Assembly: GCA_016840425.1 (NCBI GenBank)
Contig: JAEOSI010000145.1
Span: forward strand, 1-6,102
Length of the DNA stretch: 6,102 nt
Source of the DNA: Candidatus Wukongarchaeum yapensis
Lineage (GTDB): Archaea; Asgardarchaeota; Wukongarchaeia; Wukongarchaeales; Wukongarchaeaceae
Reading direction: 5' to 3'
Below the pieces are notes generated by a model. It was given only the letters and a program-made list of their open reading frames with translations. It was not told where the DNA came from and did no database searches. A program made the position numbers and the translations under genes. Positions 1-5,577 of this stretch are shown here, in pieces. The first letter of the stretch is position 1. Each line of letters opens with the position of its first letter.

Positions 1-1692
1 TCCTTTGATTCGGCTCTTGACTAAAGCATCAACTTCCTTCTTATCAATTTGCGTTCTCTCTGGTTTTGAGTAATTTACTATCATCTTTAATATGAGCTCG
101 GGAGTTTCTCCCCAAGTGGGATTCGAGAAGACATTGCTGCTATCACTTAGATGCCAGAATTTAGATAAGAAAATTTCAACTTCTTTTTTAAGTTCTTTTA
201 TTTCAGGTGATCCTGAGAAGTCCTTATAACTCATTTCTTGTATTTTACGTCTCAGCTCTTGAGGTAAAGCAGCATACTTATTATGTAAAAGTGACAGATG
301 ATAGCTCGGGTCTATAGGTCTTAATTTTTCCGTCACCTCTGCAAAATCAACTTTTTCTATGTTGATGCCAACTTTCTCCAGTTGCCTTTTCAGTAGCATA
401 TTGTATAAACCCATAAGCAATTGTGTAATTATGACAAAATATGAAGCTTCCTTATTCGCTTCGAATAATTTCTCTATGTACTGAAAAGTTTCTTTTTCAT
501 CCAATTTCTCCATGTTCACGGAATTGAAAAAGTCATATTTTTTCTTTTGATCTGTCAAGAATTCTTCTATCTTTTTCGAGTACATGCTTTTTCTTATGGC
601 AAAAAACATCATTCTAGGCAGGTATCTTAATGTTTTAGCGTTTGGTTTGAATTTTGGTCTTTCGTTGCCTGCGACTTTAATTCCTATCAATAATTCTACA
701 GTTTCCCGTGGCATTCCTAAAAGTTCAAATATGTCTCCTACAATGCCCATGTTAAAATATGCCCTGTAGTAGAAGGCTCTTGCCAAACTGTTTATGTCTA
801 TATTTTTTGCTGCATCACCTACAAGCTCCTCAAACAATTTCTTCCAAGAACTATTTACCACAGGGATATTAACCGACCAGACGAGGGGCTTTATAATACC
901 TGGCAAGAATTCTTTAGATATTCTGTTGGAATATAAAATTCTGTTTTTTAAGGTGGCAATCTCTCCGAGCTGTAGCCAATAAATTTCTTTTTCATCGTAC
1001 GCCCACTCTAAAGCCACCGGCTTGCCGTATTTTTTTGCTATTTTTCTAGCTTGCGTTACTACTTCCTTTATTATTGGAAGCTTGTTTTCTCCGTCTTCGG
1101 GCTTTTCAATCCATTTACCCCATTTGTAAACCCATCTATCTGGCGTTATTCCATCCTGCAGTAATGCATCTCCGAGTCCTAAAACCGATTCCACAATGAC
1201 TTCATCCAATCCGCTTATGGGGTTTTTAGTGAATATTACCCCCGAAAATTTAGGACTTAACATTTCTTGAATAATTACAGCCATCTTCAACTCTTGACTT
1301 GATTTGCCGATTTTGCCGAGATAGGGTCTTAACTTATCTCCCGTAGACCACCATATCTCTTTTATAGCATTAATAATCGCCTCTGAACCCTTTACGTTTA
1401 GACAACTTTCAAATTGGCCGGCGAAAGAATACCGTGTTGTATCTTCAACATTTGCTGATGATCTTATTGAATACTTCTTTTCTCCGTCTATTAGATTCCT
1501 TATTTCTTTCTTCAAGTTTTTCAAAACATTCTTATTGCCATAAATATAGTCTTCGTATGCCCTAAAAGTACACACGTGTGTTCGGGGTATTCGAAAACCC
1601 TTCTTTTTTAAATAGCCTAATCTACTTGCCTTACCTCCAACTTGTGAATCTCCCTTGGCATCCGCTACATCTATTATGTACCCTTTTTCCAT
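1..1692 (-). CDS. PEP/pyruvate-binding (PPDK_N, ATP-grasp) domain protein with rifampicin-phosphotransferase/PEP-utiliser-like architecture; 3'-partial (564 codons, runs off left edge)
   Basis: Not in the ORF track. Hand translation from ATG 1692 is stop-free to base 1: MEKGYIIDVADAKGDSQVGGKASRL...YSIRSSANVEDTTRYSFAGQFES...MAVIIQEMLSPKFSGVIFTKNPISG...VESVLGLGDALLQDGITPD...LEWAYD...WLQ. GGKA, RSSA.xED, SFAGQ, AVIIQEM, SGVIFT.NP and GLG.AL are PEP synthase/PPDK nucleotide-binding motifs. A long helical region follows (YRAYFNM...FLSKFWHL...PTWGETP), as in RPH-like proteins. The phospho-His domain would lie beyond the window. Confidence 0.9.
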   Translation of the reverse strand, partial: MEKGYIIDVADAKGDSQVGGKASRLGYLKKKGFRIPRTHVCTFRAYEDYIYGNKNVLKNLKKEIRNLIDGEKKYSIRSSANVEDTTRYSFAGQFESCLNVKGSEAIINAIKEIWWSTGDKLRPYLGKIGKSSQELKMAVIIQEMLSPKFSGVIFTKNPISGLDEVIVESVLGLGDALLQDGITPDRWVYKWGKWIEKPEDGENKLPIIKEVVTQARKIAKKYGKPVALEWAYDEKEIYWLQLGEIATLKNRILYSNRISKEFLPGIIKPLVWSVNIPVVNSSWKKLFEELVGDAAKNIDINSLARAFYYRAYFNMGIVGDIFELLGMPRETVELLIGIKVAGNERPKFKPNAKTLRYLPRMMFFAIRKSMYSKKIEEFLTDQKKKYDFFNSVNMEKLDEKETFQYIEKLFEANKEASYFVIITQLLMGLYNMLLKRQLEKVGINIEKVDFAEVTEKLRPIDPSYHLSLLHNKYAALPQELRRKIQEMSYKDFSGSPEIKELKKEVEIFLSKFWHLSDSSNVFSNPTWGETPELILKMIVNYSKPERTQIDKKEVDALVKSRIKG

Positions 1693-2360
1693 AGAAGGCG
1701 CCTCAATTTTTTCTTGACATTATGTTGTTCAAAATCGTCTCTGCTTCTATTGTATTTGGAAATAAACATAATTGATGCCGCTAACCCGAATATTGCAAAA
1801 GGTATACTTCGCTCTGTTAAAAAAAGCACAACCGGCAAAAGAGAATGAATTATGATGGAAGTGCGATAAGAGTCCTTAACGGCTATAAATGAGAGTATGG
1901 ATATTGCAAAGAAAAGGAGAAATGAATACGGAGACAAGATACCTAAAGTCCAGAGTAAAATAGTGGTTCCCATGCCTCCTTTTCCTTTCAAAAATATAGA
2001 AAAATTGGTGCCGAGCATAGCTGAAAATATAAGTACAAGAGAGGTGGTAAGATCACCATTAAAATAAAAATTTGTTATGATCAATGGAAAAACTGCTTTT
2101 GATGATTCGCCTGCGACTGTTAAAAATCCGGCTGGTAAACCACCAATCATAAAGGTATTGGCAACCCCGACATTCCTAGTTCCTTTGTTATAAATTATCT
2201 CACCTTTCAAAAGGTATGTAAAAATAAAGGCAAAGGGCACAGACCCATAAACGTAAAAAACTAAGACGAGCATTTTACCCAAAACCGAATTCTGAATAAG
2301 AATCAGCGTTACTATCGAAACTACCAGAAATGCAGCTTTAGATAGACTTCTAAGATTCAT
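1674..2360 (-). CDS. plsY: PlsY-family (glycerol-3-phosphate acyltransferase-like) multi-TM membrane protein with divergent catalytic motifs
   Basis: YVYGSVPF, KGTRNVGVAN (cf. GSGNxGATN), ESSKA (cf. DxxKG), LGTNFSIFLKGKGGMG (cf. LGHxFPxFxxFxGGKG), with hydrophobic helices in PlsY spacing. RBS-like AGAGAGGCGA at 2371-2380. The stop overlaps the next gene's start by 19 nt. Confidence 0.8.
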   Translation of the reverse strand: MNLRSLSKAAFLVVSIVTLILIQNSVLGKMLVLVFYVYGSVPFAFIFTYLLKGEIIYNKGTRNVGVANTFMIGGLPAGFLTVAGESSKAVFPLIITNFYFNGDLTTSLVLIFSAMLGTNFSIFLKGKGGMGTTILLWTLGILSPYSFLLFFAISILSFIAVKDSYRTSIIIHSLLPVVLFLTERSIPFAIFGLAASIMFISKYNRSRDDFEQHNVKKKLRRLLWKKGT

Positions 2361-2448
2361 ATACTTTCAGTCGCCTCTCTCATTAATCTGAACTCATCTG
2401 AAGATAGAACGATAACTTAACCACCAATTAACAGTGTTCTAACACAAC

Positions 2449-2462
2449 TATTTATATCTTTC
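2449..2462 (-). promoter_or_regulatory. Candidate archaeal BRE+TATA promoter for the plsY-like / PEP-utiliser unit
   Basis: Minus strand reads GAAAG-ATATAAATA, about 90 nt upstream of ATG 2360. Confidence 0.55.
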
Positions 2463-2516
2463 AATCGTCTATGGGCTACCAAAGCAACAACCCGAAAAAT
2501 GAAGTGTTTAAAGCTC

Positions 2517-2533
2517 GTGCGCGCTAAACGTGT
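2517..2533. repeat. Inverted repeat arm A (pairs with 3183-3199)
   Basis: GCGCGCTAAAC (2519-2529) is the exact reverse complement of GTTTAGCGCGC (3187-3197); 14/17 identity when extended. Confidence 0.6.
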
Positions 2534-2542
2534 CCGCGCCGT

Positions 2543-3142
2543 CTATTTTGTCAGTTTTTTCCCGCAATATGGACACACATTGAAGTCCTGCTCTACTTGT
2601 TTTCCGCATTTTTTGCAAAATTTTCTGCTGATTCTCAGTAGCTTCTCTTCGTATTCTTCTTTCATTTTGTTGAAACAAACAAAAACGAAGAGAAAGAAGA
2701 ATGTAATAAAGAAGCCAGGGATAAGCATACCAAACATAATACGCGGGTTTACACTTTGGTCTATCCATGCCGAACCATATGTGAACCCTATTATCAAGAT
2801 TACAAAACCTGCAAATGCGATTATTCCTGCAATTAACTCGCCAATCCGAGCGTCGGCAATTTTTTGTTTAATGTATTCCCTTGATTCAACCGCGCGCACA
2901 CGATACTTGATGGTTGTATCCATGTCCTTCTTCTCTTGTTGTGTCGCAGAGGGGACTTTCCCCCATGTATAGATAGCAATTCCACCCATGATAAAGAATG
3001 AACCTGCGAAAAACAAAATCAAACCTGCCAGTCCATAAGGGGCTTCATGTGCGCGCGCAAAAGCAATTCCCGCAAAAATCATTACCAGTCCAAACAATGC
3101 GACTATTGCCCCGACTATTGACCTTAAAGGCTTATTATCCAA
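2543..3142 (-). CDS. Four-TM membrane protein with C-terminal zinc ribbon (FCKKCGKQVEQDFNVCPYCGKKL)
   Basis: Two hydrophobic helix pairs and a terminal CxxC-x10-CxxC. The ORF track starts at TTG 3220; I prefer TTG 3142 (MDNKPLRSIVG..., 199 aa) because TGGTGT lies just upstream and the 3143-3220 stretch contains repeats and promoter-like DNA. Confidence 0.75.
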   Translation of the reverse strand: MDNKPLRSIVGAIVALFGLVMIFAGIAFARAHEAPYGLAGLILFFAGSFFIMGGIAIYTWGKVPSATQQEKKDMDTTIKYRVRAVESREYIKQKIADARIGELIAGIIAFAGFVILIIGFTYGSAWIDQSVNPRIMFGMLIPGFFITFFFLFVFVCFNKMKEEYEEKLLRISRKFCKKCGKQVEQDFNVCPYCGKKLTK

Positions 3143-3182
3143 ATAAGTACACCATTTGTCGTTTATAGAACAAATCTTTCTT

Positions 3183-3199
3183 AAATGTTTAGCGCGCGC
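3183..3199. repeat. Inverted repeat arm A' (pairs with 2517-2533)
   Basis: GTTTAGCGCGC core at 3187-3197; includes most of the perfect palindrome AGCGCGCGCT (3191-3200). Confidence 0.6.
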
Positions 3200-3225
3200 T
3201 CCAACCGGTGACCCGCCCAAAAACG

Positions 3226-3254
3226 TTAAATCCGAACTAGGCGGGTAGTATTCA
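3226..3254. repeat. Inverted repeat arm B (pairs with 3670-3695)
   Basis: TTAAATCCGAACTAGGCGGGTAGTATTCA aligns to the reverse complement of 3670-3695 (TTAAACCCTAGGCGGGTCAGCTTTCA) with a perfect 10-bp core CTAGGCGGGT and 23 identities with gaps. Confidence 0.7.
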
Positions 3255-3265
3255 CCTAGAAAGGA

Positions 3266-3679
3266 ATGAAAGCAAACATGAGGAGAAGAGCGCAGAAGGG
3301 CGTAAACACCGAGGTTGAGTATCCCCCCGCGAAGAGGAAAATTCCATACCGGTCTTTACTATATTATGTCGGACGCCCTGTCAGGGTCTTCGCAAAAGAA
3401 AACCCGCTTATTAAGCACCCGGCAATTTATGAAGGAACGTTATCAGGCGTCTTTGAGGATCCGTCAGCCCTACTTTTGGAGGATGCGTGTGCTCTTGTTT
3501 TAGATTTGGTTCCCATTCAGAACTATTACAGTATAGTGAAACGGGACAGAATTGGGGCGGTTTTCATTCGTATAGATGAAATCAGATATTTTGAGATACT
3601 GCCTGAGGGAAGCAGAAAACTACGCGCTTCGAAGAGTTATAAAATAGGCATTAAAACCCTAGAGGATGTTGAAAGCTGA
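3266..3679 (+). CDS. Hypothetical protein, probable divergent Sm/LSm-like fold with basic N- and C-terminal tails
   Basis: LLYYVGRPVRVFAK...IYEGTLSGVF...LLLEDA resembles the Sm1 pattern (L..lvGk.V.V.l...y.G.L.gfD...NlvL.da). RIGAVFIRIDEIRYFEI resembles Sm2 (lG.vfIRG.nI..I). Start 3266 or 3278. Confidence 0.6.
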   Translation: MKANMRRRAQKGVNTEVEYPPAKRKIPYRSLLYYVGRPVRVFAKENPLIKHPAIYEGTLSGVFEDPSALLLEDACALVLDLVPIQNYYSIVKRDRIGAVFIRIDEIRYFEILPEGSRKLRASKSYKIGIKTLEDVES

Positions 3680-3695
3680 CCCGCCTAGGGTTTAA
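3670..3695. repeat. Inverted repeat arm B' (pairs with 3226-3254), overlapping the TGA stop of 3266-3679
   Basis: ACCCGCCTAG (3679-3688) is the exact reverse complement of CTAGGCGGGT (3237-3246). Confidence 0.7.
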
Positions 3696-3763
3696 TAAAC
3701 CTAAATAAACAATGATTTTACAGAGTTGAAATGCTCCAAAAAAAACTTAGGAGAGTGGTTTAA

Positions 3764-4348
3764 TTGGAGGAAAATGAGAAAGCCCCCGTTGATTTGCCCT
3801 TGGCCTATAGGCTGCTGTACCCGAGGAACGTTGTGTTAGTAAGCTGCATAGACAAATCGGGCAAAGCCAACATCATAACATTAGCTTGGTCCATGCCCGT
3901 TTCAATTGATCCTCCCATGGTGGCTATAGGTCTAACTCCTAGAAGATACTCCTACAAGCTGATTCGGGAAACCGGGGAGTTCGTGGTCAACATTCCCACT
4001 ATGGACATTGTCAGAGAAACATTGTTCTGCGGCAGAAGAACCGGAATAGAGCACGACAAGTTTAAAGAAGCGCCTTTGACGCCTCTTCCCGCGAAAATGG
4101 TTGGGCCGCCGATAATTAAGGAATGTGTGGCACACTTAGAATGTAAGCTACGTCGAGAGATAACCATAGGAGACCACACGCTGTTAATCGGCGAAGTCTT
4201 AACCGCCCACGCAAACAGAAGAGTCTTCGATGAGAGGTTTGACATCAAAAAACTGAAACCGATCCTCCACATGGGTGGAGACAATTTCCTAACCGTAACG
4301 CCTGAAATGGTTACGCCTCAACTCCCTGAAGACAGTAAACGAAGCTAA
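3764..4348 (+). CDS. Flavin reductase family protein (FMN-binding split barrel, flavoredoxin-like)
   Basis: LYPRNVVLVS, NIITLAWSMPVSIDPP, GEFVVNIP, FCGRRTG..DKF, PIIKECVAHLECK, GDHTLLIGEV are characteristic of the family. TTG start with GGAGAGTGG RBS upstream. Confidence 0.92.
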   Translation: MEENEKAPVDLPLAYRLLYPRNVVLVSCIDKSGKANIITLAWSMPVSIDPPMVAIGLTPRRYSYKLIRETGEFVVNIPTMDIVRETLFCGRRTGIEHDKFKEAPLTPLPAKMVGPPIIKECVAHLECKLRREITIGDHTLLIGEVLTAHANRRVFDERFDIKKLKPILHMGGDNFLTVTPEMVTPQLPEDSKRS

Positions 4349-4388
4349 TAAATCAGATAACAACACCACTATTTTTGAGAGAAAAACC

Positions 4389-4517
4389 TTGGCTAGAAGA
4401 GTTAGAAAAATTAGACCGTTCGACAGGGCTGAGTGCAAAGTCTGCTCCTTGAAAGGAAGTTTCTACTGCTGGAGGCAATGCCCCTACAACACTTGGCGCC
4501 AACAACAAATCGAATAA
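4389..4517 (+). CDS. 42-aa basic four-cysteine microprotein (putative metal-binding): MARRVRKIRPFDRAECKVCSLKGSFYCWRQCPYNTWRQQQIE
   Basis: Below the ORF-track length cut-off. TTG start 7 nt after GAGAG, TAA at 4515-4517, C-x2-C-x7-C-x3-CP, co-oriented and filling the gap between the flavin reductase gene and the map promoter. Confidence 0.65.
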   Translation: MARRVRKIRPFDRAECKVCSLKGSFYCWRQCPYNTWRQQQIE

Positions 4518-4530
4518 GGCATCAAAATAC

Positions 4531-4546
4531 CAAAACGGTTTTTAAA
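4531..4546 (+). promoter_or_regulatory. Candidate BRE/TATA promoter of map
   Basis: CAAAACGG-TTTTTAAA, ending about 23 nt before GTG 4569 and about 35 nt before ATG 4581. Confidence 0.5.
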
Positions 4547-4580
4547 ACTAACAAAAGCTTAATGACGCGTGTGGACGGCA

Positions 4581-5483
4581 ATGAGCATCCCTACCGAGGC
4601 GCTAAAGAAGTATCGGCGTGCCGGAAAAACTGTGGCTGAGGTCAGAGAAAAAGCGAGAGAAATTGTTTATGAGGGCATGCCCATCGTTGACCTCTGCGAA
4701 AAAGTAGAGGCGCTGATTCGGGAAAAAGGCTGTAAACCCGCCTTCCCTTGCAACGTTTCAGTTAACGAAGTCGCTGCGCATTACAGTTCTCCCCCGCAGG
4801 ACAAACGAACCATTCCAGAGGGAGCCTTAGTGAAAATAGACCTCGGCGCTCACGTGGACGGTTATATCGCTGACTCGGCGGTAACCGTGTGCTTCAATCC
4901 TGAATACGAAAACCTCGTTTACGCGGCGAACAGAGCCCTTGAAAAGGCGGTTGAAACCCTCCGTCCGGGGTTATCTATGCCGCAGTTCGGTTCAGTTATC
5001 CAAAGTACAATAGAGAGCTACGGGTTAAAACCCATCTCAAACCTCACGGGCCACCAGATTGGACGCTATCTAATCCACACGGGAAAATCATTGCCAAACG
5101 TATCCCATTTTTCTTTAAAGAAGATAAACGTAGGGGAGGTTTATGGGGTGGAGCCCTTCGTGACAGTTCCTGATGCAGCGGGCAAAGTTAAAGGCAGTTC
5201 TGAAGCTTTCATCTTCCGTTTTGTAAAGCACAAATCCTTAAGGAACCCTGCTTCCAAACGGCTTCTGAATTACATCAGTAAGAATTTCCGTACGCTGCCT
5301 TTTAGTGAACGTTGGCTTCAGGGATTGATGTCGCGGGACAACTACAAAACCGCGTTCTCAGAACTTCTCTCGACGAAGAGCTTAACGTCTTATCCTGTGT
5401 TTGTAGAGACCAGCGGAAAACCTGTAGCGCAGGCGGAACACACAGTTTTGATAACAGAAGACGGCTGCACTATACTTACCTGA
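4581..5483 (+). CDS. map: Methionine aminopeptidase, type II (archaeal/eukaryotic)
   Basis: AFPCNVSVNEVAAHY, KIDLGAHVDGYIADSA, NLTGHQI, VEPF, VAQAEHTV: all five metal ligands (D, D, H, E, E) plus the type II insertion. Alternative start GTG 4569. Confidence 0.97.
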   Translation: MSIPTEALKKYRRAGKTVAEVREKAREIVYEGMPIVDLCEKVEALIREKGCKPAFPCNVSVNEVAAHYSSPPQDKRTIPEGALVKIDLGAHVDGYIADSAVTVCFNPEYENLVYAANRALEKAVETLRPGLSMPQFGSVIQSTIESYGLKPISNLTGHQIGRYLIHTGKSLPNVSHFSLKKINVGEVYGVEPFVTVPDAAGKVKGSSEAFIFRFVKHKSLRNPASKRLLNYISKNFRTLPFSERWLQGLMSRDNYKTAFSELLSTKSLTSYPVFVETSGKPVAQAEHTVLITEDGCTILT

Positions 5484-5488
5484 ATACA

Positions 5489-5498
5489 TTTATTTTTT
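5489..5498 (+). terminator. Candidate oligo-T terminator after map
   Basis: TTTATTTTTT starting 6 nt after the map stop; archaeal terminators are typically U-tracts. Confidence 0.4.
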
Positions 5499-5532
5499 AA
5501 TTGAAGCGGAAAAGTAAGGGTTACATTAGTTA

Positions 5533-5550
5533 GCTTTATATTGTAAAAGC
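5533..5550 (+). promoter_or_regulatory. Candidate TATA box (TTTATA 5535-5540) inside a GCTTT-N8-AAAGC inverted repeat, upstream of the RHH gene
   Basis: GCTTTATATTGTAAAAGC lies about 28-45 nt upstream of ATG 5578. Confidence 0.4.
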
Positions 5551-5577
5551 GTTAATTAGTCACACCGTGAATGATAG

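Noticed and set aside
584-982. ORF-track + strand ORFs 584-769 and 794-982
   Set aside because: Antisense shadows of the long minus-strand PEP-utiliser gene; no motifs.
2499-2972. ORF-track ORFs 2499-2972 (+) and 2508-2768 (-)
   Set aside because: Overlap the zinc-ribbon membrane gene, which has coherent TM and Cys4 features.
2891-3059. GCGCGC runs at 2892 and 3050-3059
   Set aside because: Inside coding sequence (Arg-Ala codons); explained by the protein.
2506-3205. Integron attC interpretation of the GTT..AAC hairpins
   Set aside because: attC has RYYYAAC first and GTTRRRY last with extrahelical bases. Here the order and consensus do not fit, the two sites are inverted rather than direct, and no integrase is present.
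3143-3220. N-terminal extension of the membrane gene to TTG 3220
   Set aside because: Runs through repeats and promoter-like DNA and has no RBS; TTG 3142 has a GGTG box. Not fully excluded.
3226-3695. Canonical bulge-helix-bulge intron around the Sm-like ORF
   Set aside because: There is one 3-nt bulge (GAA 3234-3236), but it is followed by a 10-bp helix and a 1-nt bulge, not a 4-bp helix and second 3-nt bulge; no host rRNA or tRNA flanks.
3315-4284. ORFs 3315-3503 (+), 3932-4135 (-) and 3952-4284 (-)
   Set aside because: Alternative-frame or antisense overlaps of the Sm-like and flavin reductase genes.
4433-5500. ORFs 4433-4639 and 5312-5500
   Set aside because: Out-of-frame overlaps with the microprotein, the map promoter and map.
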